From positions 224,001 to 288,000 of the forward strand of contig CAWIGG010000004.1 in NCBI GenBank assembly GCA_963835575.1: a stretch of 64,000 bases of DNA. Reading direction: 5' to 3'. This document shows, one piece after another, positions 19,077 through 28,103 of the stretch. The notes below the pieces were generated by a model. That model searched no databases. It was not told where the DNA came from and saw only the letters and a list, made by a program, of their open reading frames with translations. Every line of letters starts with the position of its first letter. Position 1 is the stretch's first letter. The translations under genes and the position numbers were made by a program. The DNA comes from an uncultured Spirochaetota bacterium. Lineage in GTDB: Bacteria > Spirochaetota > Brevinematia > Brevinematales > JAOACQ01.

Positions 19077-19217
19077 ATGATTTTCATTTTGCTGTCCGCG
19101 TTATTTATCTTTATTTTTAAAACCGGGTCCGTAGGCATCATGATCGCCAATTTCATTGACGAATCCTGGCGGGCCGTTGTGAATTATCTGCGGTTTCATT
19201 TTAAGAGAAGTATTTAG
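19077..19217 (+). pseudogene. C-terminal fragment of a MATE-like efflux transporter
   Basis: GIMIANFIDESWRAVVNYLRF resembles the last MATE helix; same DNA recurs at ~31620-31690. Confidence 0.5.
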
Positions 19218-19704
19218 CTGAAACATCTTATTTTAATGGCACTCGACCCTTATTTTTTAAACCGTTTCCTTAATCTTCCGGCTTCGCTATGTTTGCCCTG
19301 TTTTTCATATAATTTACTACTATATTTATGGACTTTTCACACTGTCTGTGGACCCATCGAAGCATATTGTGATAAACTATTCCCGGTTTTTTCATCGAGT
19401 GATAATATCTGTTCAGAATTGTCTGCAGAAAATCCGGGTTCATTGAAAAAGCCCGCTTTTTTTTATCACAGAAATCATAAACAACAAAGCTTTTATATTG
19501 ATAATCCGCTATAAAAAACCGTCATTATTTTTTTATATTTTATGTATAACTGAAGCGGGAAGAGAAGTTCGATGGGAAGTTCATGATCAGTACTTCAATG
19601 ATTCGATACAGCTGGAAGATATCGCATTGGGGTATAAGCAGATGTTAAAGATTGATCGGGTATTCAGTGGAAAATTCCATTCCGGGCCGATGAACGTGAA
19701 TAGC

Positions 19705-19746
19705 AAAGAAAAGGGGCATCGGGAAACACCCGAAGCCCCTTTCTTT
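19705..19746 (-). terminator. Intrinsic terminator downstream of ice-binding gene 1
   Basis: aaagaaaaggggcatcggg-aaaca-cccgaagcccctttcttt hairpin with T-rich tail. Confidence 0.75.
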
Positions 19747-19797
19747 ACGCCAAGTATTAGTTATGAGTATCCCTGCCTGGGAACCGAATCCCTCAGC

Positions 19798-20592
19798 TTA
19801 CGGTTGGGTCACAGTATTCATTTGTAATGTTACCGCAGTCTGTGCCAACAGCCTGCCGTTCACTGTCGCGCCGGTAATCAGGGAGATCGCTGTAGAAGAA
19901 AGTACTATTCCCTCGATGTGCGATGCCGCACCAAGCGTACAGGAAACGGTCTGCCAGAAAATGTTCTTGGCCTGTGCGCCGCCGGTCAGGATTACTTTTA
20001 CATTAGCAGCCATAGAAAGAACGCCCGCACTCTGGAAGATCCAGACATCATCAGGACCGCCATTGAGAGTGACATCACTGTTTATCAAAACCCCTGTGCC
20101 CCACTTGTAGAGCCCGGGAGTGAGAGTTAACCCGCTAATATTTCCAGCTCCAAATTCGATGAAATTGGGATTTGTACGCCCGGCAGCATCATTGCACGCT
20201 GTCAGCATGTCGCTTACAGCAATGGTCAGGATAGAAGGAGTTGGCGACGTATAGTCTGCCGCATACACCTTTCCGGTAACCTGACTGGAAGTTGAAAATG
20301 TACCTGTGCTATCCAATATTAATCCGAATCCCGTAATGGCGCCGGAAGCGATCGGGCTCACGCCGATGTCGCCGGTTATTACTGAGGTCGGAACGGTAGT
20401 GATCCCTGATCCTGCCAGAACCACAAAATTGCCGGCTGTTCCAAGGCTTACCGGCGCCTGGCCTGTCGAGTAACTTGCCTTTAAAGTGGAACTCGCGGTG
20501 CTCGCGGCGGGCGTAGATGCGTTAGGCGTTGTTGAACAAGCTGTTAAAGCGAACGCGCAGACTAACAAACTGATTGTAATAATTTTCTTCAT
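19798..20592 (-). CDS. DUF3494 ice-binding-like lipoprotein, copy 1
   Basis: Lipobox LTAC; LGTAGNFVVLAGSGI, GDIGVSP, YAADY, LTPGLYKW, VWIFQ, NIFWQ, GRLLAQTAVTL. Confidence 0.92.
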   Translation of the reverse strand: MKKIITISLLVCAFALTACSTTPNASTPAASTASSTLKASYSTGQAPVSLGTAGNFVVLAGSGITTVPTSVITGDIGVSPIASGAITGFGLILDSTGTFSTSSQVTGKVYAADYTSPTPSILTIAVSDMLTACNDAAGRTNPNFIEFGAGNISGLTLTPGLYKWGTGVLINSDVTLNGGPDDVWIFQSAGVLSMAANVKVILTGGAQAKNIFWQTVSCTLGAASHIEGIVLSSTAISLITGATVNGRLLAQTAVTLQMNTVTQP

Positions 20593-20658
20593 AATTTTCT
20601 CCTAAATATTTTTTATACAACACAAAAACCGAAACCCTAAAAACAAAAAGAACCCTGA

Positions 20659-20667
20659 TTATCTCAT
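20659..20667 (-). other. Minimal upstream ORF ATG-AGA-TAA with strong Shine-Dalgarno
   Basis: GAAGGAG-7 nt-ATGAGATAA in the leader of ice-binding gene 1. Confidence 0.5.
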
Positions 20668-20773
20668 GTTATTTCTCCTTCAATAATAATTAATTCACGT
20701 CAACTTTAAAATAAAACTCTCATGTTCGTTCATGCCGATTTTTCCTTTAACGAATGGTGAACAAGCTTATATA

Positions 20774-20790
20774 GGCAATATCCATGCCAG
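20774..20790 (-). promoter_or_regulatory. sigma54 (-24/-12) promoter of ice-binding gene 1
   Basis: CTGGCATGGATATTGCC: GG-N10-GC with TGGCA and TTGC. Confidence 0.7.
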
Positions 20791-20961
20791 CATATTCCTT
20801 TATGGTAAAAAAGGAATTATACAAACATATTACCGGATGAAAATAATTCACCGGCAGAAGCAATGATATGTAAAAAAGCATCGGAAAAAGCGAGTAACTT
20901 TGGAGACTAAAAATAATGCGTATATGTCTGTATATTAAAGAATAATGCCAATAATCAAACA

Positions 20962-21014
20962 TAATTTACCCCAATAAACAGTCTCAATTTCAGACGCTTT
21001 TTTGGGGTAAATTA
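20962..21014. promoter_or_regulatory. 13-bp inverted repeat, candidate activator site or RNA hairpin
   Basis: TAATTTACCCCAA-27 nt-TTGGGGTAAATTA, identical in copy 2 (30957-31009). Confidence 0.4.
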
Positions 21015-21307
21015 AGAAGCTTAAATTCAAACGGTAAGCGGATTAATGTTTTTTAATAAATTACTTCAGGAGATTACCGGTATCAGGTTTTAATTCCCGA
21101 ATGTATGTTATCAGACAACACTGCGCATGTATTCATACGGGATTAAAAAATTTCAACGGCTTAATTCCTCTTATTGTTCCAAAGAAATGAAAAAATCGAT
21201 ATCTTATTTGTATAAATTAAATATTTTTATTATATTTAATTATTGAAATTGAAAAAGTTGCGGTTAGCGCAGGTAATTCCTGAAATTGATTAAATTGGGG
21301 GATTGTA

Positions 21308-22888
21308 ATGAGCGCTGATGTAAAAAAAAACATCCTGGTTGTTGAGGACGAAGAAAATATCTTAAAAGACATATCTCAGACGATCGGGGGCTTCGGTTAT
21401 GGCGTTTTTACCGCTAATACCGGTGAAAAGGCCGTTGAAATCGGGGTTAATAACGAATCAATCAACCTCATTATCATGGATATCAATCTCGGCAATGGGA
21501 TTGACGGCACCGAGGCCGCGCGGATAATTCTATCAAAAAGGAATGTTCCTATTGTCTTCTTTACTTCAACCATTGATCAGGAGCTGGTGGAGAAAGTAAG
21601 CGGTATTACCCGCTATGGATATGTTCTCAAGAATTCCGGGGAATTTATCCTGAAATTATCCATAGAGATGGCTTTTGAATTGTTTGAAGCGAACAGGAAA
21701 AATGAAGAAACAATGGAGTCCCTTTTACTTTACCGCAATAATCTGGAAGAACTGGTACTGAAAAGGACGCAGGAAGTGCAGGCCAGCGAGGCCCGCTACC
21801 GGCTGATCGCCGATTTCGCCGTTGATTGGGAATCTTACTCCAATGTATCAGGTGAAATTACTTATTTGAACAAAGGGTTTGAGAGAATAACCGGTTATAC
21901 CGTCGAAGAACGGCTGTTAAATAAAGTTACATTTGAAGACCTCTGTTTTACGGAAGACCTGCCGGCCATTCAGGAAAAAATGGACGAAGTTTTTGTGCAT
22001 AAAAAGATAATCACCAATTTCCAGCACCGGATCAAGCATAAAAACGGGTCTGTCCGTTATGTGTCATTATCTTCAACACCGGTAATAACTGATACCGGCT
22101 CTTTCGCGGGGGTCAGGTCCAGCATCCGCGACATAACGGAATTGAAAAAAATGGAACACGAAAAAATGATCCGGGACAATTATTTTATCAATATCCAGAA
22201 GCTTGTGTCGCTTTCATCGCTTTCATCGGCAATTGCGCATGAAATCAGGCAGCCTTTGCAGCTGATTAAGGTACTTACCGATACCATTTTACTCAGGTAC
22301 AAAAAAAACTCGGCTTTAAACGAAATGGACCGGAAAAACCAGGGTAATTTAATAGAATTGTCGAATGGCGTATTGAGAATAGACAAAATCATCGACAGTA
22401 TGTACCGGTTATTCAAAACAAGCGATAAGGTGGATTTGCAGTATCTCAACATCGATTCCATAATGGAAAATATGGTCAAAAGTTACAAGCTGAAAAATAA
22501 CATCCTTCCGATTGAGATAGAATTGGTCATGCAAAAATATCCGTCTCGAATTTACGGGGATGAGATATTGATCGAGCAGGTTGTCACAAATATCATCAAC
22601 AACGCCGTTGATGCGCTGAATTCCGTTCAAGATGACGGGAAAAAGATAACCATCCGGACATGGAGCGAATCCAATGATGTAATTATGGAAATCAGCAACA
22701 ATGGGCCCTTAATCCCCGAGCATATTAAAGATAAAATATTTGATCCGCTGATCACCACGAAAAAAAATCCGGATTCCATGGGTATGGGGCTTTTTCTGGT
22801 CCAGAATATTGTCAAGGCAATGAATGGGAAAATTGAGGTTTACGTGAATGAATTGAATGAAACAACCTTCCGGATTGTCTTTCATTAA
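21308..22888 (+). CDS. Hybrid receiver-PAS-histidine kinase
   Basis: ILVVEDE/IMDI receiver, PAS/PAC, H-box AHEIRQPL, N-box NIINNAVDA, NNGP, TTK, GMGL. Confidence 0.9.
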   Translation: MSADVKKNILVVEDEENILKDISQTIGGFGYGVFTANTGEKAVEIGVNNESINLIIMDINLGNGIDGTEAARIILSKRNVPIVFFTSTIDQELVEKVSGITRYGYVLKNSGEFILKLSIEMAFELFEANRKNEETMESLLLYRNNLEELVLKRTQEVQASEARYRLIADFAVDWESYSNVSGEITYLNKGFERITGYTVEERLLNKVTFEDLCFTEDLPAIQEKMDEVFVHKKIITNFQHRIKHKNGSVRYVSLSSTPVITDTGSFAGVRSSIRDITELKKMEHEKMIRDNYFINIQKLVSLSSLSSAIAHEIRQPLQLIKVLTDTILLRYKKNSALNEMDRKNQGNLIELSNGVLRIDKIIDSMYRLFKTSDKVDLQYLNIDSIMENMVKSYKLKNNILPIEIELVMQKYPSRIYGDEILIEQVVTNIINNAVDALNSVQDDGKKITIRTWSESNDVIMEISNNGPLIPEHIKDKIFDPLITTKKNPDSMGMGLFLVQNIVKAMNGKIEVYVNELNETTFRIVFH

Positions 22889-22979
22889 GGTGGTCCTAAA
22901 AATCGCGCAAACTTGTACCTTTAGAATAAAATAGCGTATAATCATAGTTGTACGAAAGTTACCGGGAACGGGGTTGGCG

Positions 22980-23053
22980 AACCACGGAAGGCACTGAATA
23001 CACGGAATGAGAACGTGATAGTTTTTTCTGTGCTTTCCGTGTTTTCCGTGGTT
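22980..23053. repeat. REP-like palindrome (CACGGA family)
   Basis: aaccacggaaggcactgaatacacggaa ... ttctgtgctttccgtgttttccgtggtt. Confidence 0.65.
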
Positions 23054-23083
23054 ACACCTGCCGTTAAGAAAGAGGATGGTTGA

Positions 23084-24535
23084 ATGAAAGCGTTGATAGT
23101 GGATGACGAAGTAAAACTTTGCGAGGCTTTAGAGGGTTATCTTCAGGAAATTGAAGGGCTTTCGATAGACAAAAGTTACGACGGCAAAGACGCGTTGGAG
23201 AAAATCTGGCTCAATAATTATGACCTGGTTATCAGTGATATAAACCTTCCCTATATCAATGGCCTGGAATTGTTGAAAAAGGCCCGGAAAATGAACCCTA
23301 AATTGAAATTTATCCTGATATCCGGGATCGATAGCGTTATTGAATCCATCAATTCCATTGAGCTTGGCGTAACTGATTTCCTGACAAAACCAATCGATAC
23401 GGGCAAATTGGCGGGTTTGATTGAGACTATCAAGAAGGAAGTTTCTGTTTCCGGAAAAAATGACCTGGCGGGTGGTTGGCCGGAAATAGTGAACAGGCGC
23501 TTTATCAGCCAATTTGAAGAGAATAGCGGCGCTTTTATTCATATTAGCAATAACCATAACCTCATAGCCGCTTCGCTGCCTATGAAAAACATTTTAAAAA
23601 AACTCGACAAACTTCGTGATTACCCTGAAATTCCAGTTTTAATAGAAGGAAAAACGGGTGTCGGCAAGGAAGTGGCCGCCCAATACCTGCATTTCGGCAT
23701 AACCGGCGGCGATAAACCCTTTGTTGCCCTCAACTGCGGGGCCATTTCAAAAAACCTGTTTGAGTCGGAGCTTTTCGGTTATGATAAAGGGGCTTTTACA
23801 GGCGCGGACCCAAAAGGTAAAGACGGCAAAATAAAGCTCGCGGAAAACGGAACGCTGTTTCTGGATGAAATTACGGAAATCTCCCTGGAAATGCAGGTGA
23901 AATTGCTCCGGGTAATCCAGGAGAAGGAATATTACAAAGTGGGGGGCACAAGGCAGTATCCGGTGAATGCCAGAATTGTTTGCGCCGGCAACCGTTCCAT
24001 ACCAAAACTGATCCATGAGGGAGAATTCCGGGAAGATCTTTATTACAGGCTGAATGTCTGCAAAATCCTGGTCCCATCGCTTAAACAAAGGAAAGAGGAT
24101 ATTGCGCCATTGGTATTTCATTTTATGGAGCAATTCAATCATCAAAATCATACCAACATCTGGGAAATTACAGGGGAAACACTTGTATTCCTGGAAAATT
24201 GCGAATGGCCGGGCAATATCAGGGAATTAAAGAACGCGGTATTTAAGGCGCTGCTTTTTAATGAAAAAAGTTACATGTCGCTGGACAACTTCAATTTTTT
24301 AGGACAGCGTAAAAAGGCAGACGCAGAGACGCAGAATTCTGCGTCTCTGCGTCTGGACGCAGAAAAAGTTGTCCTTCCCGAACTCCCTTTTTCTCTTGAG
24401 GAATTCAACCATAAAGTCATTGAAGCCGCCCTGGTTAAATTCGGCAATAATAAGACAAAAGCGGCGGAATTCCTGGGGCTGAACCGGGTCCAGATGTATT
24501 ACCGCTATAAATCAAGAAAAGACAAGAAAGAATAA
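23084..24535 (+). CDS. sigma54-dependent NtrC-type response regulator (bEBP)
   Basis: Receiver, GKTGVGKE, ESELFG..KGAFTGA, LFLDEI, FREDLYYRL, WPGNIREL, Fis-type HTH. Confidence 0.95.
   Translation: MKALIVDDEVKLCEALEGYLQEIEGLSIDKSYDGKDALEKIWLNNYDLVISDINLPYINGLELLKKARKMNPKLKFILISGIDSVIESINSIELGVTDFLTKPIDTGKLAGLIETIKKEVSVSGKNDLAGGWPEIVNRRFISQFEENSGAFIHISNNHNLIAASLPMKNILKKLDKLRDYPEIPVLIEGKTGVGKEVAAQYLHFGITGGDKPFVALNCGAISKNLFESELFGYDKGAFTGADPKGKDGKIKLAENGTLFLDEITEISLEMQVKLLRVIQEKEYYKVGGTRQYPVNARIVCAGNRSIPKLIHEGEFREDLYYRLNVCKILVPSLKQRKEDIAPLVFHFMEQFNHQNHTNIWEITGETLVFLENCEWPGNIRELKNAVFKALLFNEKSYMSLDNFNFLGQRKKADAETQNSASLRLDAEKVVLPELPFSLEEFNHKVIEAALVKFGNNKTKAAEFLGLNRVQMYYRYKSRKDKKE
24318..24355. repeat. 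Perfect 38-bp palindrome inside the bEBP coding sequence
   Basis: cagacgcagagacgcagaa|ttctgcgtctctgcgtctg. Confidence 0.9.
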
Positions 24536-24670
24536 ACCCGTAGAGACGTGATTAAAGCTGCTGAATAGTACCCGGAACTTCGCCCATAATGCGCCCATAA
24601 ATTTGGAAATTTTTGCCGGCCCGTTAAGCCACCGGGATTATTTTATTCGGTTCATTATAATTTTTCCACT

Positions 24671-24748
24671 GTGCGGCCGGGCAAGGCCGGCCGGTCCAGC
24701 GGGTGGAAACCCCGCTTCGGAAGGCAGGTCAGCCGCCGAAAAGCAAGG
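24671..24748 (+). ncRNA. Probable 5' fragment of a group II intron (start of domain I)
   Basis: Begins GTGCG; GGCC...GGCC stem and AGCGGG-TGGAAAC-CCCGCT hairpin; no RT ORF or domain V seen. Confidence 0.5.
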
Positions 24749-24757
24749 AGGTAGAAA

Positions 24758-26351
24758 ATGTTCGGGGAAAAAACCGTAACAAAATCCCAGGAATACGCCG
24801 AAAGCATCATCAACACCGTCCGTGAACCCTTAATTGCTCTGGACCAGGATTTAAGGGTGGTCTCCGTCAGCCGTTCCTTCTATGAAGTCTTTAAGGTAAA
24901 ACCTGAAGAGACCGTGGGACAGCTTATTTATGACCTGGGCAATAAACAGTGGGATATCCCCAAGCTGCGGGAACTGCTGGAAACCATCCTTCCCCAAAAA
25001 GCAACTTTTGATAACTATGAGGTTGAACACGATTTTGCCACCATTGGCAGGCGCATAATGCTTTTGAATGCCCGGCAAATTCAAAGAGTGCTGGGAAAAG
25101 AGCGGATCATTCTCCTGGCCATCGAGGATATTACCGAGCGCAGGGAGATAGAAAACGGGCTGGAAAAAGCCCGTAAAGAACTGGAAGCAACTAAAATATC
25201 CGAAGATGAAGCCCGCGAATACGCCGAGAGCATCATCAACACCGTGCGTGAACCCTTAATCGCTCTGGACCAGGATTTAAGGGTGGTCATCCGTCAGCCG
25301 TTCCTTCTATGAAGTCTTTAAGGTAAAACCTGAAGAGACCGTGGGGCAGCTTATTTATGACCTGGGCAATAAACAGTGGGATATCCCCAAGCTGCGGGAA
25401 CTGCTGGAAACCATCCTTCCCCAAAAAGCAACCTTTGATAACTATGAGGTTGAACACGATTTTGCTACCATTGGCAGGCGCATAATGCTTTTGAATGCCC
25501 GGCAAATTCAAAGAGTGTTGGGAAAAGAACGGATCATCCTCCTGGCCATCGAGGACATCACCGAGCGTAAGGAGATAGAAAATGGTCTGGAAAAAGCCCA
25601 TGAAGAGTTAAAGGAGTTGGCCGCCGAGTTAAAACGTACCGCCCGGGTAAAATCTGAATTTTTGGCCAACATGTCGCATGAGCTCAGGACCCCGCTTAAC
25701 TCCATTAACGGTTTCTCTGAGGTATTATACGACGAGACTTTCGGACCGCTTAATGAGAAGCAGAAGAAATACGTTAATAATGTTTTAACCAGCGGAAAGC
25801 ACCTTCTCTTACTGATAAATCAGATACTTGATATGGCAAAAGTTGAAGCCGGAAAGATGAAGCTGGCATTATCCAGCTTACCCATGAAAAGCTTGTTAAA
25901 TGAGATTTCAATGCTGGTAGCGGATATGGTCAGTAAAAAGAAGCTTCAAATGTTGCTTGAAATAGCCGAAGATCTGCCGAATATTGAGGCGGATGAGCTC
26001 AAGGTAAAAGAGATAATTTACAACCTGCTTTCAAACGCAGTTAAATTTACCCCCGAGGGTGGTAAAATTGGCATGCGGGCGAAGAAAGCCGATTCCGAGA
26101 TAGAAATAGTGGTCTGGGATACGGGGGTCGGTATCGCACCTGAAAACATGGGGAAAATATTTGAAGGGTTTTTCCGTGTCGATACTCCATATTCCCGGGT
26201 AACTGAGGGGACCGGACTCGGTTTACCGCTCTCTAAAAAGCTGGTTGAGCTGCACGGCGGGAAGCTTTCTGTAGAATCAGAGGGGCTAAATAAAGGCACC
26301 TCGGTCCGGTTTACTTTGCCTATTATATCCAGAGAAGGTGGTGTGAGATGA
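24758..26351 (+). pseudogene. PAS-PAS-histidine kinase split by a +1 frameshift (ORFs 24758-25312 and 25341-26351)
   Basis: Second PAS copy reads gtcAtccgtc versus gtctccgtc in the first (extra A at 25289); kinase has FLANMSHELRTPL, NLLSNAVKFT, DTGVGI, GTGLGL. Confidence 0.85.
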
Positions 26352-26713
26352 AGAAGAAAGCATTAGTTGTCGATGATAATGGAAACAATCTGATGCTGGA
26401 AAAAGACCTTTTGGAGGTCGCCGGCTTCGAAGTATTTGAAGCTGAAAATGCTTCCAGCGGAATTGCCATTGCCAGGAAAGAAAAACCGGATATTATAATT
26501 ATGGATGTGCGGCTTCCGGATATGCGCGGTTCCGAAGCCGCCAGGATATTACGTCAAGACAAAGAGACGCGCGATATTCCCATTGTTTTTGTAACTGCTT
26601 CTGTAATGGCGGAAGGCAGGGAAGAGATAAAAGACATAACTAACACCGGATTTATAGGTAAGCCGATAAATACGCGCACCTTTGCGAAAGAAATCAGTCA
26701 ATTTATTAAGTGA
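26348..26713 (+). CDS. Single-domain response regulator (DivK/CheY-like)
   Basis: LVVDD, IMDVRLP, VTAS, KP; ATGA overlap with the kinase. Confidence 0.9.
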   Translation: MKKKALVVDDNGNNLMLEKDLLEVAGFEVFEAENASSGIAIARKEKPDIIIMDVRLPDMRGSEAARILRQDKETRDIPIVFVTASVMAEGREEIKDITNTGFIGKPINTRTFAKEISQFIK

Positions 26714-26756
26714 GTTTTCTAATATGTTGAAAAGTCAAATTCAAAAGAGATAGAGG

Positions 26757-28103
26757 ATGAAAGACAAACCGGTAATCTTAGTTGTTGATGACCAGCCCCA
26801 AAACATTGAACTTCTCGAAGCATATCTTGTTCCGCAGGGTTATGAAATTGTCAAGGCGGCAAACGGTGAAGAAGCGCTGGGGAAACTTTCCGGTAATCAA
26901 ATCGATCTGATTCTGCTGGACGTAATGATGCCCGGCATGGATGGTTTTGAAGTTACCCGCAGGGTCAGGCAGGATAATACACATCGGCTGCTTCCGATAA
27001 TCCTGGTTACCGCATTGCGGGAAACGGAAGACCGGGTAAAGGGAATTGAAGCCGGTTGTGATGATTTTATTTCAAAGCCTGTTGATAAGATGGAGCTTTT
27101 AGCCCGGGTCCGGTCCCTGCTAAAGGTCAAGGCCTACAACGACTTGATGAGTAATTACCGGAAAGAGCTGGAAGCAACTAAAATATCCGTAGATGAAGCC
27201 CGCGAATACGCCGAGAGCATCATCAACACCGTGCGTGAACCCTTAATCGCCCTGGATCAGGATTTAAGAGTAGTCAAAGTCAGCCGTTCCTTTTATGACG
27301 TCTTTAAAGTAAAACCTGAAGAGACCATGGGACAGCTTATCTATGACCTGGGCAATAAACAGTGGGATATTCCCAAGCTGCGGGAACTGCTGGAAACCAT
27401 ACTTCCCCAAAAGACAACCTTTGACAACTATGAGGTTGAACACGATTTTGCCGCCATTGGCAGGCGTATAATGCTTTTGAATGCCCGGCAAATCCAAAGA
27501 GTGTTGGGAAAAGAGCGGATCATTCTCCTGGCCATCGAGGATATCACTGAACGCAAGCAGGCAGAGGAAAAGATCCAGCAGATGGCCTTCCATGATTTCC
27601 TGACGGGTCTTCCCAACCGGAAGCTCTTCTTCGATCGCCTGGGCATTGTCTTGGCCCATGCCCGGAGAAATAAAAAAAAAGTAGGAATCGCGATGCTCGA
27701 CCTCGACAATTTCAAGGATGTGAATGATACCTTTGGCCATGATGCAGGGGATATACTTCTCAAAGCAACGGCAGAGAGGCTAAGTGTGGCGCTGAGAAAG
27801 GGTGATACCGTTGCGCGCTTCGGCGGCGACGAGTTTGTACTGATCCTTCCTGACCTGGAGGTAATAGAAGATGTGATCCGGGTTGCACAGAAGATCGTTG
27901 ACAGGTTTCGTGAGCCCATCCTTATTAACACTCATCAACTCGTTGTGACAATGAGCATCGGCATCGCTGTCTATCCCGATGATGGAATGGATGAAGGTAT
28001 CCTCCTGAAAAATGCCGATATCGCCATGTATCAAGCCAAGCAGGCAGGGCGGGCCCGGTACCAGCTCTGTAAAAAGTCTAATTCAAAAGAGGATAGAAGA
28101 TGA
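26757..28103 (+). CDS. Receiver-PAS-GGDEF diguanylate cyclase
   Basis: PleD-like receiver, PAS copy, DFLTGLPNR, RKGD I-site, intact GGDEF. Confidence 0.92.
   Translation: MKDKPVILVVDDQPQNIELLEAYLVPQGYEIVKAANGEEALGKLSGNQIDLILLDVMMPGMDGFEVTRRVRQDNTHRLLPIILVTALRETEDRVKGIEAGCDDFISKPVDKMELLARVRSLLKVKAYNDLMSNYRKELEATKISVDEAREYAESIINTVREPLIALDQDLRVVKVSRSFYDVFKVKPEETMGQLIYDLGNKQWDIPKLRELLETILPQKTTFDNYEVEHDFAAIGRRIMLLNARQIQRVLGKERIILLAIEDITERKQAEEKIQQMAFHDFLTGLPNRKLFFDRLGIVLAHARRNKKKVGIAMLDLDNFKDVNDTFGHDAGDILLKATAERLSVALRKGDTVARFGGDEFVLILPDLEVIEDVIRVAQKIVDRFREPILINTHQLVVTMSIGIAVYPDDGMDEGILLKNADIAMYQAKQAGRARYQLCKKSNSKEDRR

Larger units (their letters stand above)
19545..21220 (+). repeat. ~1.7-kb direct duplication, copy 1 (transposase remnant, terminator, ice-binding gene, upstream region)
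   Basis: Colinear with 29501-31214 from tataactgaa to tataaattaa. Confidence 0.95.

Noticed and set aside
20747..20962. 71-aa ORF upstream of ice-binding gene 1
   Set aside because: Overlaps the sigma54 promoter; start codon lost and frame altered in copy 2
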